Below are positions 9,017 through 20,547 of a stretch of 64,000 nucleotides of DNA, piece by piece. The stretch is taken from positions 124,001 through 188,000 of the IMG/VR virus record IMGVR_UViG_3300028840_008185. One strand, given 5' to 3'. The position numbers and the translations under genes are program-made. The stretch's first letter is position 1. The number at the start of each line of letters is the position of its first letter. A model generated the notes under the pieces. The model was given only the letters and a program-made list of their open reading frames with translations, ran no database searches and was not told the origin of the DNA.

Positions 9017-11140
9017 GTTCCCATCCTGTAAGAATTTCGCCTAAAAGGGTTCGTCCAGTGGGGCTCCAAAAGTCTCCAATGGGTTGAAAAATTCTCTCCA
9101 TCTCAAGAGGCGGCCAAACTCTCTTAATAAATTGTTCCACAACATCATTACGATGTCTTAACTCTATCACGAGCTTTCTTCCTTCTTAAACCTTACCACG
9201 CTCACGAAGTCAAACCCCTCGTCTTTAGACGGCTCCTGAAGGAGCCCGGCAAACTTCATCATCAAATCGTCGGGCACTTTCCTATACTCTGGCCTGGACA
9301 GATTACGAGCCAGGCACACCGAGTAGGGCGTATCCAAAAAGATTGCCGACACATGAACGCCAGCATCCTTGGCTTTCCTTATATATTTATATCGAGTTTT
9401 TGGCGAAAGAAACATCGCGTCAAAAACCACAGTAGTATCTTCGTCGCTTTGGAGTAATTCGTCAAACATTTCATCGGCTTTTTTCCAGGCAATAACGGCG
9501 TCGTGAGTCGTCCAGCCACCATCCTCATAGCCAATGTGATCATCTGGCCTTACAATAACCGCGTCTTCAAAGCCGGCTTCAATCAAGGTTGTCTTACCTG
9601 AGGCTGGTAAGCCTATCAAAAGTATCAAGGATTTCATCTCTTATGTTCCTCACTTCTTACATCCACAATCTCTTGCGCACGCATCATACGTCTCTTTACA
9701 TTCTAAACTACAAGGATACCTTGCGCAGTCCCTTAAGCACTCATGCCATACATCATCACATTCCTCAAGGCAACTTGGAAGACAAGTGCTTGAGGCCGGA
9801 AGCATAGGAGTGATCAGCAAGAATAATGCGAATAGAAAGTTCATCCAATTTCTCCTCTAAATCCCACATCACCACTTTCATTCTGTTGCGAAATAAGTGG
9901 GAACCGTTATATATGCGACTGAGTATAACGCCCAGATACGGAGGCTCACAAGTCACATAGATTTCTTTCCTATCTAACATGCCAATTGCGATTTCCATCG
10001 AGCACCCCGCGCCAGATAATATCCCTACCCTCATACTCCTCAGTAAATATTTCAGGGCACAGAAGAAAAAGAATGTGGTTGCTTAATTTATCCCAACTAT
10101 AGGGCAGCTCCTCAACAATGCGACCCCGTATGTCATTGACAATCTCTATTCTCATCGCATCACCTTACACCAAAAGTCTCTCCCATCCATCCAACTGCTA
10201 TAGAGCCAAGGAACCTCAAAGAATATAGAAAATCGATCTACTAATAGATTAAATAAATCACCATCTATATATTTTCCGATTCTGGGGCCACCAAGGCGGC
10301 TTGTCTTAGAAACGATTCTCACAGCAGCTCATTCCTGGACAACACCTTCTTCACCCACCTGGCCACATCATAGAGGTAAGCCGCGTGAAGCGTTATTGTT
10401 GCTCCCTGCCTCTTCCTATAAGCTCCGCTGCTCTCCCTGAACTCAAAGAGCTGGACCCTCACAGAGCCAGAAGGCTTTGTGATAATTGGATACAGCTTTG
10501 TAAGGGGAGCCAGAATCTTATGTATTTCCACAGCCTTCTGGCCAGAAATCCTGAAGCTCTGGGAGCCGCCATACTTTTCGCCCTGGAACTGGGTGATCTG
10601 GATGGAAGTCTTCACTTCATCTGGGGAAGCAGGAACTTCCGGCTCTTCACTATTGGGGGTCTTCATTTCTCAAAGCATTCCTAAGCTGTACGCCAAACAG
10701 ATGTCTGGCCATACTGTTTTTTATGGGGTTAAGAGGCCACTCAAGATATATAGAACAGATATATATATCAGTCATGACAATCGCGAGCCTCTTGGCATGG
10801 TAATCTTTGTATTTTTTAAAATAAGAATCAATCTTCATCTTCGTCACGGACAGGATACTTATCCCTTAGCTCTTTCAAGCCGTCTGCCCCAAACTGATCA
10901 ATAAGCTCCCACATTCCCACCTCGATCTTCTGTCCTATGAGATGCGGATGAGGCTTAATGAATTTCAATGAGTTCCCCTTCTTGATGAAATAGGGTTCCA
11001 TGAAAAAACTCCTCCCACAAGCGGGCCTTAAAAATAGACTTCGTGAAAAACATATGATTCCATATGTGTCCACACCCATAAGGAGATACTACGGCAGCCC
11101 TATTAAAGAATGGCCGCCTCCTCACTTTTATTTCAGCCAC
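8940..11140 (-). CDS. Micro-ORF family cluster: 8940..9170, 9765..9998, 9970..10155, 10152..10322, 10650..10838, 10955..11140
   Basis: Starts MIELR, MEIAI, MRIEI, MRIVS, MKIDS, MAEIK; W/F-rich helical bodies; translational coupling. Confidence 0.6.
9167..9637 (-). CDS. P-loop kinase (AAA_33 / polynucleotide-kinase-like)
   Basis: LIGLPASGKTT Walker A, VVFDA, CLARN..R...VP, P...EGFD. Confidence 0.88.
   Translation of the reverse strand: MKSLILLIGLPASGKTTLIEAGFEDAVIVRPDDHIGYEDGGWTTHDAVIAWKKADEMFDELLQSDEDTTVVFDAMFLSPKTRYKYIRKAKDAGVHVSAIFLDTPYSVCLARNLSRPEYRKVPDDLMMKFAGLLQEPSKDEGFDFVSVVRFKKEESS
9650..9844 (-). CDS. Secreted Cys-rich peptide
   Basis: Signal peptide followed by 10 Cys with CxxxC spacing. 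Confidence 0.65.
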   Translation of the reverse strand: MNFLFALFLLITPMLPASSTCLPSCLEECDDVWHECLRDCARYPCSLECKETYDACARDCGCKK

Positions 11141-11746
11141 CTATCCCTCCAAAACCATAAAAGATCCGTATTCGTCTGGGTGAATGTGGTTGAAAATCTT
11201 CCTGAGTTTCTTTCCCATATGGCCAACGAAGGTTGGTGGACTTCCAGTCTTTTTACAGAAGTAATGGACCAGATGTAGGAAATCTGCGTCCATCTCTGAG
11301 GGGGTCCAAGGGGCGGAGCGACAGAAGAAAATTGCCTTTGCCGCATATGTGTAGTTCCTTACTGCCTTCTCGACTTCAAATTTGGGAACAATTTTCTTGA
11401 GGATTGAGATCCAATTCCCACAAGTGAGATCTGAATCAGGCCAGTAATCATCAAAGTGATGATCAAAGTCGGTGACAATCATATCATCGCTGTAGTGTCG
11501 CATAGCGACCTTGACCATTTCGGCGTGGCACTCTGCTACATACACAGGGATCTTTCTGGGAACCTTCAGCTCCTTGATTTCTTCAAGAACTTCTTTCCAT
11601 TCGGGAACCAGGAGGTTGAGCGCCCCACGGCCAGTCGGTGGCCTACTGTGAAGCCTCGCCGTGCAATAGCCGCAATGATTAGTATCATCTTCCTGACAGT
11701 CGCCTGTGATATAATCCCAGTCGATAGATAGAATACGATTAGCCAT
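11141..11746 (-). CDS. UPF0489/arginase-fold-like metalloprotein
   Basis: ILSIDWDY, ECH, DFDHHFD, CGNW and RS..WTP motifs. Confidence 0.6.
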   Translation of the reverse strand: MANRILSIDWDYITGDCQEDDTNHCGYCTARLHSRPPTGRGALNLLVPEWKEVLEEIKELKVPRKIPVYVAECHAEMVKVAMRHYSDDMIVTDFDHHFDDYWPDSDLTCGNWISILKKIVPKFEVEKAVRNYTYAAKAIFFCRSAPWTPSEMDADFLHLVHYFCKKTGSPPTFVGHMGKKLRKIFNHIHPDEYGSFMVLEG

Positions 11747-13129
11747 TAGGAATCCCTCATTTTTTCTACCCATGTCCACATACCAAAGGGTAATGATATA
11801 TTGCGCACAAGCCTGCCCCAAAGCTCGTTCAAGACAAGCCTATCTACATAAGAGTTATAGTTCTTGTGGAGCCGGTCATACGCACCCACCTTATCTCGAA
11901 CACTTATCATTATACCACCAGCAAAAGAAGCACAACAAGCCCAATACTTAAGACAAGCCACAAGTATAGCTCCCACTTGGAACTATACATGCCCATAAAC
12001 TTCTTGAACCATTCATTATTATCGGACATCAGATCCTCCTGTCATTCCTTCCTATTAACTCCGCCACCAGATTGGCTGCTCCCCAGAAGGCCCGCGAGCG
12101 GGCAATATCCATGGCTCCAATCCTCTTGTCGGTGAAGCATTTGGCGTTGTGAGCAGCACTCTCGCTTAGTTTTCTAAAGTTGTTCTCAAGCTCATGAAGC
12201 TGTAGCAATCTCTCTGCACTTGGAAATGCTAAGCCCATCATCTTATCTTCCTTATTAGGTCTACTGCTAAGGTTTCGCCCATTTGTTCATAGATTTCCTT
12301 GTTAAGATCGCCCCAAAAATCAGACTTAAGGCACCCACAGATCTGGTTCCAGAGCCATGAATAACCGGAGCCGCAGGAACACGTTAAGTGTTCTTTGCAA
12401 CTGTTATTAAAGCTCATGCTAAAGTTCATGTAGCTCACCCGTGATTGTGTGTTCCGCCCACTGCTCAAAATGCTGATGCCGCATAGGGGGCAGCTTCAGT
12501 ACGAGAAGTCCCAGGGCGGAACGCACTGGATCGCTCTCACTTAGCGTCCAAAGATCCCAGCAAATTTTTCGCTTTTCAATACGCATTTCGAATTCCTGCA
12601 AGCCTACGAAACATCGGAGCAAAAATGTGTGCGAAAAAGAAATATTCCGGTGCAATCCACATAGGCATCTCACAGATCTGATCCCTGATCTGCGGGCCTA
12701 TTCGACCATACCTATCTTTTTTACTCTGTATATGGATAATCATCTTTGTTCCAGGTAAGTGGGCCGCGATCTCCATCGCCGCCGTGTTTCCACTTTCTTA
12801 TAACTTTCCAATAGTTATAATAGAAGGGCCACGTAAATAACAAATCATCAGCGCCCTCAAACTCATCTTCAAAGCCCAGCAGCTTAAAGCCACACTGTTC
12901 GTCCATGAAATAAAGAAGGCGGATCTCAAGCTGGTGTTTGTATTTAACGCGTATAGTCATCTCTAATGTCTCTATCCACATTGCTGAAAGATCCATACAC
13001 CGGCAAAAAAGATCTCCATAGGACATCAAACTCATCGCGAAGCTTGCCGCCTAGCCCACAGTCAAGGGAGCATCCAAGATTGACAATCTCCGTTCTAATA
13101 CCAACGGATCTTTTAAACCTCAAACTCAT
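11746..13129 (-). CDS. Micro-ORF array: 11746..11910, 12029..12241, 12238..12429, 12419..12586, 12576..12743, 12721..12960, 12944..13129
   Basis: Overlapping 54-79 aa ORFs, e.g. SWLWNQICGCLKSDFWGDLNKEIYEQM and NELWGRL. Confidence 0.65.
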
Positions 13130-13697
13130 CTACATATCCCCGCTGTTCTTTCAGCAGATCTCCAATGGGAAGCACAGGATCCAAACCAGCAAGCTGGCGT
13201 TTGATCAAGCGGTCATAGAGAACAAGATACACAGCCGCCGCAAGATTGACGCAGTAGTGTGTTGGAATCACCACAAAGCGGTGGCAATGTCGCAAGTAAG
13301 TCTGCGGAATGCTTCCATCTTCCGGGCCAAAAACATACAGAGCATTTTCGGGATGCTCGAATTGAGGTAGAAGTTCAGCGTTCTGCCTCAACTCTATGGC
13401 CACCGGAGTAGCAATCCCCTCAAATTCATCAAAGATATAGTCAAACTGCCTCAGCTCCACATCCTTATACCCCTTCATCCGTTCTTCGCGAGGCAGACGC
13501 TTTTTCATTTCAAGGTCAAGTTGAACTCTATTGCCGCTATACCAAAGCTGCTTTATCCCAAAACAAGAAGCAGCCCTCAAGGCTGCTCCAACATTATGGG
13601 CGAATTTAGGATTGCTTAATGCTATTGCTGGCGTGATCCCAGACTTCTTCTTGTTCTTTCCGTATGTCGCTGATACGATTTCACCTGAGGAAGTCAT
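13113..13697 (-). CDS. SpoU/TrmH-family (SPOUT) RNA 2'-O-methyltransferase
   Basis: NPKFAHNVGAALRAASCFG (motif 1), VFGPEDGSI (motif 2), VIP...CVNLAAAV (motif 3). Confidence 0.9.
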   Translation of the reverse strand: MTSSGEIVSATYGKNKKKSGITPAIALSNPKFAHNVGAALRAASCFGIKQLWYSGNRVQLDLEMKKRLPREERMKGYKDVELRQFDYIFDEFEGIATPVAIELRQNAELLPQFEHPENALYVFGPEDGSIPQTYLRHCHRFVVIPTHYCVNLAAAVYLVLYDRLIKRQLAGLDPVLPIGDLLKEQRGYVDEFEV

Positions 13698-14578
13698 CCA
13701 TCACCACCCCTCTGGCCCAGCTCCATAGGACATGGGCGGCAATAAGAAAATCTCCGAACCCTTCAATCTCGTAATCATCAAACTCGGACTCGTCTAAACC
13801 GAAATTGTCGCACAAGAAATCAGCGACTCTGTGCTTTATTAGACAATGACTAATTGGTTCTATCATGTAGGTATTTCCTAATTCCCAAGTATGTTTGTTT
13901 TCTCAGCAATGTCCTGAGGCTTACAACAGCATCTCCGTCCCTATTCACGCCAAGCTTTTCGCGCATTTCTATCCTAACTATCCAGTTATAATCCCACGGC
14001 ATCTCTGGACTCCTCATGTCAATTTTCATCGAGAAGCTCCTTGTATTCCAATAGCTTGTCTTCTCTACTGTCCCTGCCGAGCTTACAAAATTCTCCGCCC
14101 AAGATAAGCATAGCTGCATCCTGGCCTACTCCTACCCAACATATACAGAGAATATCACAAACACAAAGATGCCCTCTTGTCTCTTGGCCATAGCCACTGA
14201 CGCATAGTTCAGTCTTGCCGCAGATGACTGGAGTATCTTGGAAGTCTGTGATGTCGCTACATTCGTATTGGAAAGTCGGTGGAGGCTCCAAGTTTCCATC
14301 GCCGCAAGTAACCAGACATAAAACGGCGGAAAAAGCAATGGGCCTCGTTAGGAAGTATGATACGCCATGGAAGCGGCACAAATTGTTTTCTTTCCCACTT
14401 AACACCCTTTATCTCCATCTTAAATTAACGAGCCTTTCATATAAAGGAGTCTTTCATATAGCATTTCCCAAAGCACATGAAAACAATCCTCGCCCCAATT
14501 ATCAATTGCTATATCAACAATCTCCCCGCCATAGGAAACAACAACCCTGAAATCAGTGGATTGTTTAGCTTCTATCAC
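13681..14578 (-). CDS. Micro-ORFs 13681..13866, 13850..14029 and 14420..14578 flanking a Cys-rich lipoprotein-like gene (14019..~14360)
   Basis: Starts MIEPI, MKIDM, MIEAK; lipoprotein segment LCLVTCGDG. Confidence 0.55.
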
Positions 14579-15137
14579 AATCCACCAATAGCGTATATGG
14601 TTTGACGCACCGCACCTCGCACATAATCATCAATGGCCACAAACCCGAAAGCCCTGAGAGAAATCTCCACCTGGTCAAAAGTTAGACCCTCGTGGTCAAT
14701 GGGGAGCCATCGCTCACTGTCGGAATGAAACCTGGCCATAGAGAAATTCCCGTTTTCATGTTGATTAAGTCTGTAGATCATTATTGGGCTCCTGCTCTAA
14801 CATCCAATTGAAGATGGCTCATATCACAATAAACAATCTTCTCTTCTTTGCCCTGTCTGTAGGCATCGCCAAGCGGCTGAACCATTCTAAGCTCAAGAAC
14901 AAGAGCTAGGGTTTCTGGGTCATCAAGCAGGTATTTGTTATGCTGAAGCATTTTGCTTGTGTCTTCAGCGAATCTTTTCGCCATCTCTGTGTATTTCATT
15001 TCATCACATCCTATCAAGATTGTCTTCTTTTGCAGAGCCACCTTTTTTCTGGAGCACTTTTAGCAGCAAACCAACCGGCAAAAGGATTACATAGAGGGCA
15101 GCATCTTTAACTTTCTCAATAATCATATCAAGCTCCG

Positions 15138-15467
15138 TCATCTCCGCCTCCTCCTAGTCCCGATGTCCCCAGAACTTAGCCGCCTACGCTGCCTGAGAGG
15201 CCGCATGGGGCGCTTTGGAAGGTTTCTCTTCTTACTTCCTGTGCTAAGCCCCTGGCGTCTCCTGCGGCCTTTAACGCCCGGAGGAGTAGTACCTGGACCT
15301 CTACTACCACGATTCTTCTTGGCCTTGAAGGTTCCATAGCGAGACTTCTTCTGCCTGCGCCCCGTATGCCCCTGCTTAGGCCCCATCTTGATATAGTTTT
15401 TGCCCTTCCTAGCCTTCTTCGCTGCTTTCCTAATCTCAGAGCGTTTCTTCTTGGCAGTCTTGCCCAT
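15138..15467 (-). CDS. Highly basic Lys/Arg-rich protein
   Basis: K/R runs throughout, almost no acidic residues; GGAGGG RBS. Confidence 0.7.
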   Translation of the reverse strand: MGKTAKKKRSEIRKAAKKARKGKNYIKMGPKQGHTGRRQKKSRYGTFKAKKNRGSRGPGTTPPGVKGRRRRQGLSTGSKKRNLPKRPMRPLRQRRRLSSGDIGTRRRRR

Positions 15468-15679
15468 TTATCCCTCCGTGGTGATCCGAAACTTCGGGAA
15501 AGACTGAATTTCAGATATAGGATGGTGTTTGCCGACAAAAGCCATATGTGGCATGCCCATGAACTTTTTACTATCAGCATAGGCTTCCAAAAACATATGT
15601 TCATGTCTGGGCTTGTGGTCGTTTTCATCCTTCCATACGACAGTGATCCAAACATCTCTATCATGGGTGGTAGTTAAAC

Positions 15680-16048
15680 TCATATCTTTTCCTTTTTGCA
15701 AGCTCGGCAGACAAAGAATCTATTGCCGCCAGCATAATTCTCTTTGAGGTCGGGGCTGGAGCAAGAACAGAAAGAGACTGTATTCACGACCCTACTGGGC
15801 TCATCCTCAATCTCTTCTATTACAGCAGTGCAATCATGGGCAATTCCAAGATTATAATCATACTCGCCCTCATAGAGATCTAGCAGTGTCCAGACCCAAT
15901 CATCAGGGTCGTAGTGTTCCCGTCTTTCTTCGGGCACCTCCTCAAAATCTACCACAACCCCAGGACCATAGTGCTCGCCGCAACAATCGAATACATCTAC
16001 AAAGTTGTCTCCAGGCTTCAGGTCACCCAACCTCACTGTTGTCGCCAT
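15680..16048 (-). CDS. Hypothetical protein with shared C-terminal zinc ribbon
   Basis: CSCSSPDLKENYAGGNRFFVCRACKKE. Confidence 0.7.
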   Translation of the reverse strand: MATTVRLGDLKPGDNFVDVFDCCGEHYGPGVVVDFEEVPEERREHYDPDDWVWTLLDLYEGEYDYNLGIAHDCTAVIEEIEDEPSRVVNTVSFCSCSSPDLKENYAGGNRFFVCRACKKEKI

Positions 16049-16247
16049 CCTTCTTCACCTTTGGCTTGTTCTTCAGATCCTCGATCCTCTTGGCAAGCTT
16101 GGCCCGTTCTTTCTTGGCTCCCTTCCCTTTACCAAGCATATCATCCAGCCTAGCCAGTTGCTCTTGGGGCGTGCGCCCTTCAGCAGCTTCTTTACGCTCC
16201 TTGGCTCGTTCTCGCCGTTCTTCTCTGTTTCTAGTCTTTCTAGCCAT
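16023..16247 (-). CDS. Small basic phage protein (RTPQEQLARLD...GAKKERAKL)
   Basis: AGGAGGA RBS; paralogous to the N-terminal part of 56602..56931. Confidence 0.75.
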   Translation of the reverse strand: MARKTRNREERRERAKERKEAAEGRTPQEQLARLDDMLGKGKGAKKERAKLAKRIEDLKNKPKVKKDGDNSEVG

Positions 16248-16268
16248 TGTCTCCTCCTTGTTTCCAAT

Positions 16269-16424
16269 TCACCAGAGTGGCTTCTTTTTGGGGTGAATTT
16301 GTTTTTCCAACAGGCGCGTCAACGTTATAAGAAGATCGTCGCTCAACCTCTTTACTGTCCACAAATAAAAGTAATGCTCCATGGTGGAACTTCACTCGGG
16401 CCACACATAACGCAGGTCAATCAT
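16269..16424 (-). pseudogene. Micro-ORF family member with in-frame TGA at codon 11
   Basis: MIDLRYVWPE*SSTMEHYFYLWTVKRLSDDLL...PLW*. Same MIDLR start as 16791..16988. Confidence 0.5.
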
Positions 16425-16988
16425 CACGACCCTCCCCTAGAACATCAGCAAGAATAAACAGGATCACATCTTCGCTACACTCCCTCTTCAACTGGCCCCC
16501 TATAAAACTGAAGGTGTGAGCAGGCATTATCTCAAACCACCGCTTATTGAGGTGGCTGTGCGGGTTCCAATAGTGGTTGCGCGGAAACTTCCGCGTAAAG
16601 TAAGTGCTTACTTCCATGATCTATACACCTTTGCCAATCAAACGTATGTAGGAAATCCCAGAAAAAAGTCTCACATCGAAGTTGTATTTCATCCTGGAAG
16701 TCATCCCACAAGACATATCTTATAGGTCGCCAAAAATTTTCATCAAAAAACAGCCAATCAACACCAGGTCGGCCACGGGCAAAGTAAGTGCTAATCTCCA
16801 ATTTCTCTCTCCCACAAATCAGAGTAGATTATGCTATTGTTGACTCTGGACAATAAGAAGTGTGCTCCTCCCCACAAGTTTCTAAACCTGACCCTAAGCC
16901 CATTGTTAAACCAAAATCCTCCCCCTTTGTTATACCAACTGTAGTAAATGAAATCTTGCACATTGTTGAGGGAGCGTAGGTCAATCAC
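16417..16988 (-). CDS. Micro-ORF array: 16417..16617, 16544..16801, 16791..16988
   Basis: MEVSTYF/MEISTYF near-duplicate starts; YVLWDDFQDEI..FFWDFL. Confidence 0.65.
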
Positions 16989-17629
16989 AAGTATCCCTTA
17001 TCCTTCCCATTTTCAATCAACCTAATGGCACAGTTCGGTGGGTTGGGTTCCGCATCAAACCACTCAGGAGTGAGATGGCACCACATCATCACGAACGCAC
17101 GAAGCGTAACACCGTGACAAATCACGATGATGTTTCTGACCCCATACTTGTCGTGATCTCTATGGAAGGTACCGAAAGCCTGATGAACCCTGGTGGCCAC
17201 ATCAAAGCGGCTCTCGCCAAGCGGCATACGAGCCCAGAATCTACCCCCAAACTCCTCGCACTTGTTATAGAAAGCATGCTCATCTGGATAGACCTTAGCA
17301 AGCTCTTCGTTAGTCAATCCATCAAACAAGCCAAACTGCTGCTCGCATAGGAGGATGTGCTCCTTTCTATCCTCGATCCAACGGTCAGCGGCTTTCTGGA
17401 TCTCGTCAGCGGTTTCTCGGGTTCTACAATATGGGCTGGTCCAAAGTCGGCAGGATTTATGGGGTAGGTAATCATGACTTAAATATTCATTAAGCTTTTC
17501 GCCAGCCTTTCTCGCCTGCTCCCTTCCTTTTGGAGATAGGGGAATAGCGTGGTCGGCTGTGGTTTTGTGGAGGGATTTATCTACGTTGGAAGCGGATTCA
17601 CCATGCCTCACGAGATATATCTTCAACAT
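16985..17629 (-). CDS. Histidine phosphatase (phosphoglycerate mutase family)
   Basis: LVRHGES, SPY.RT.ET, EQQFG, GES..DV..R, CHG, NC motifs. Confidence 0.93.
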   Translation of the reverse strand: MLKIYLVRHGESASNVDKSLHKTTADHAIPLSPKGREQARKAGEKLNEYLSHDYLPHKSCRLWTSPYCRTRETADEIQKAADRWIEDRKEHILLCEQQFGLFDGLTNEELAKVYPDEHAFYNKCEEFGGRFWARMPLGESRFDVATRVHQAFGTFHRDHDKYGVRNIIVICHGVTLRAFVMMWCHLTPEWFDAEPNPPNCAIRLIENGKDKGYL

Positions 17630-17896
17630 ATTAAACTCTTAGACTTTTCTCGACTATCAAGATGTCCCTACGAAGCTTGGAGACAGCCTTACAATAGGGA
17701 ACCGCCTCTTTGAAGATCTCTGCCCGCTCTGGCTGATCAACTCTCATACCAGCCTTATGAAGCCGATCCTTCTCTGCCTCTTGCTTTCGAAGCTCGCGGC
17801 GAAGAGAAGAGAGTTTTTGCTCAAGCTCTTTGTTTGTTTTCTTCTCGACCTTAGCGACTAGGGTTCCATCAATCTCTACATTCTTAGGGTCTTCTT

Positions 17897-19185
17897 TCAT
17901 TGCTTTCTTGCTCCTTTAAATAGCCAACCTTTTAGTTGTGATACAAGTGGAAAGCTCACGCCTCTAAAGAAAGCGAAAATCTTTCCCTCAAGACGAAGAA
18001 CATAACCGGGATACAATTTGAGTGAGCACACATCTGATATTATATCTGATAGATCTTCCCACTTTCTATTCTCAATTGTCTTCATATCCAAGCGCTCTCC
18101 AAATGGGATGAAAATAACTCCAGCCAAATGTGCGTAAATCTGCGCCCCAGCTTCTACCTATCAGATCAAAGGTCACATAACAACAACCAAAAGATTCCTC
18201 AACAAACCCAATCTCAAGCATCTGATCCCAAAACTCATTGGCGGAAGATAAAGGCTTAGTCGTTAAGCTCATCTTTTACCTTGTTTCTTAACTTCAAAAA
18301 GCATCTTGTTATGAGACTATCCACAGTGAAATTATCTATGGGTAGAAGTGGTTGATGATCCCTGTTCAGCCGCCAATCTATCTTCTCGAAAGAGTCATAG
18401 ATGCCGTTAAAAAATCTGGTTCTAATCATCGGAATGCCCAGTTGAAAAGGATGCTGCGCAACACATTAGTCCCATCGCCCCTTCTAACAATCGCAAATTC
18501 AAGTCCGCTGCGCAAAAGAAAGTTAAAAAGCTCATTGCCCAAACGATATTGCTCAATAGCTCCTAAGTGCTGCTTTAATTGACCCCACACTCTTCTCCTG
18601 CGTCTCAAAGAATCGTTGGCCAAAAGCATTCATCACCTCGTAGGCGGATCAAGCGCCTCAAACATCCACTCCCAGAGTTCATAGTGAAACCTGCCTATTT
18701 GACCACCAGCAAGGCTGTCGTAGAATTCATGAGCATCAATCGTGAAGTCATCCACGAAGTCTTCGTTCCACTGCCTACGCATAAACGTAATAAGGCGATG
18801 CCTCACCGGCATCGCCCTGTCGCTTGAGAAGTAAAGTTCAACTTTCATCTATCCGCCTCTCGCCTTATAATGTCGTAGAGTTGATCGTAGAACATGCGTG
18901 TGGGAATGATGAATCGAAACATATCGTCAAGCCTAGATAGGTTGTAGAAATTAGGAGGGAAATCCCAGGAATTAAACCAATCGTTAATTATATTCCTAAG
19001 CTCTTGAGATTTGATCACTTTCATCTGCCTCACAATCCCAGCACTAAACACATTCTCCGTCTCAAAGCCGAACACAGCTGATCCTTGTTGAGCCGCGACA
19101 TGAGAAGCCAGTCGGATATTAATTCACAACTGCGAAGTTCGTTTAAAACCCTCGCCCACGTCATCTTTCTGGGAGCTATTTCCAT
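17897..19185 (-). CDS. Micro-ORF array of 7: 17897..18085, 18072..18272, 18256..18429, 18426..18629, 18633..18848, 18845..19024, 19030..19185
   Basis: Consecutive coupled 51-71 aa ORFs with EFWDQM, RVWGQL, YELWEWM and FYDQLYDII segments. Confidence 0.65.
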
Positions 19186-19259
19186 TGTCCATGTCCTTGG
19201 TGGAGCGCCGAGCTACGACACTCATAGGGCTTAACCCGCGCTCCTTTGGCTACTGTTGG

Positions 19260-19586
19260 TTAGTCAACCACCCGACGCCAACCTTCGGGGGTAAACTCCT
19301 GCTGCCTACGGATCTCGTAGTCACCAGGGGGCAGAATGTTGGTCCCATGATCCTCGTGATCGATGTGGACCTCCTGGAGAGCCCGCAGATACATCTGCGT
19401 GCCGACCATCAGCAACATGGCCTTCTTCGCAGCCAGATCGCTACTGCGGATACGATGAGCGTGGCCAGTGACCTCGCCCTCCACAAGCACAGTCTCGCCA
19501 GCCTGCTCCTTGGCGCCCTCGGGAACCGCGTCCACGGGAACGATCAGAACATCGCCCTGCCTCTGAATACCTCTTTCTTTACTCAT
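19260..19586 (-). CDS. RQGD / GEVTGHAH protein (usual neighbour of DUF6745 genes)
   Basis: RQGDVLI...LVEGEVTGHAH...HEDH...LPPGDYEIRRQQEF...RRVVD; strong AGGAGG RBS; GC-rich codon usage. Confidence 0.85.
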   Translation of the reverse strand: MSKERGIQRQGDVLIVPVDAVPEGAKEQAGETVLVEGEVTGHAHRIRSSDLAAKKAMLLMVGTQMYLRALQEVHIDHEDHGTNILPPGDYEIRRQQEFTPEGWRRVVD

Positions 19587-19836
19587 TGCTTCCTCCTTTT
19601 ACAGTCGTCGCGACAACGTGGAGTAATTCTCCACTAGTGGGATCACGATATAAGTTGTGAGCCACCATACTACTAATCCATCCTCTTTGACCAGGGAAAG
19701 GCCAATAATAGTTATTCATCATATCAGCACTGTCCCAAAACTCAAGTATAAAAAAGCTAGTTTTTGCTACACCCTTACATGCTTTTATTAGTATATTTCA
19801 CCTCCCAGCCACTTTTAATTGGCTATTTCTTATCCC

Positions 19837-20547
19837 TTAAAAACCTCCTTCTCCCCCGTCAAGTCCCGGAAATTCAAGCTCTTCCTTATCAAGCTCTTCT
19901 TTAGACTTCCCTCGTTTCTTCTTTTCCGGCACTTCCATATCCTCATCGTATCCGGCCCTCTTGTAGATGAAGTCTGAGATGCCGTGAAGCCAGCCGGAAA
20001 TGAGGTCGTAGATGTATCGCCAAGGTTCGTCAACAATAGACCACAGCATAGAGAATGGCCAAAAGACTCCCCAGGTGATAATCTTAGCCTTATTCTCCCT
20101 GGGCAACGGCTTCTGACTTCCCCTACGATAGTTGGCAAAGTTCTTCACCTGCCGTGCCCATTTTTCCTTCAGTTTTTCAGGCACTTTAGTGTTGACAGTG
20201 GCCTCTGCCAAGCCTTCTCCCTTAAGCCATTCTAGCCTCATTTCTTTGTAGCGAGTGGCGTGCCGATTGACATACAGGAACCACTTGATAAAGATCCACA
20301 CCGTTCCAATCGCAAAGAAGGCTGGAAGCCCGAAATAAAGAACGGCGGGGTGCTCCCTCACATAAGAGAAGAAATTCGCGTCTCCGAAGAAATGGAGCGC
20401 CGCCAAATAGACAGCAATGGTGACGCCTGCCGCGATTGCCTTCTCGCTATGAATCTCCCATAGCAGCACAACTACAAACAGGGCAGTCAGCAGCCAGAAC
20501 CAAATGCCGCCTAGAATAAAGAATTCAACCCACATTTTTATCTCCAA
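19837..20547 (-). CDS. Multi-pass membrane protein
   Basis: About four hydrophobic segments; WPFS.LW motif; begins with the family-type MEIK. Confidence 0.75.
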   Translation of the reverse strand: MEIKMWVEFFILGGIWFWLLTALFVVVLLWEIHSEKAIAAGVTIAVYLAALHFFGDANFFSYVREHPAVLYFGLPAFFAIGTVWIFIKWFLYVNRHATRYKEMRLEWLKGEGLAEATVNTKVPEKLKEKWARQVKNFANYRRGSQKPLPRENKAKIITWGVFWPFSMLWSIVDEPWRYIYDLISGWLHGISDFIYKRAGYDEDMEVPEKKKRGKSKEELDKEELEFPGLDGGEGGF

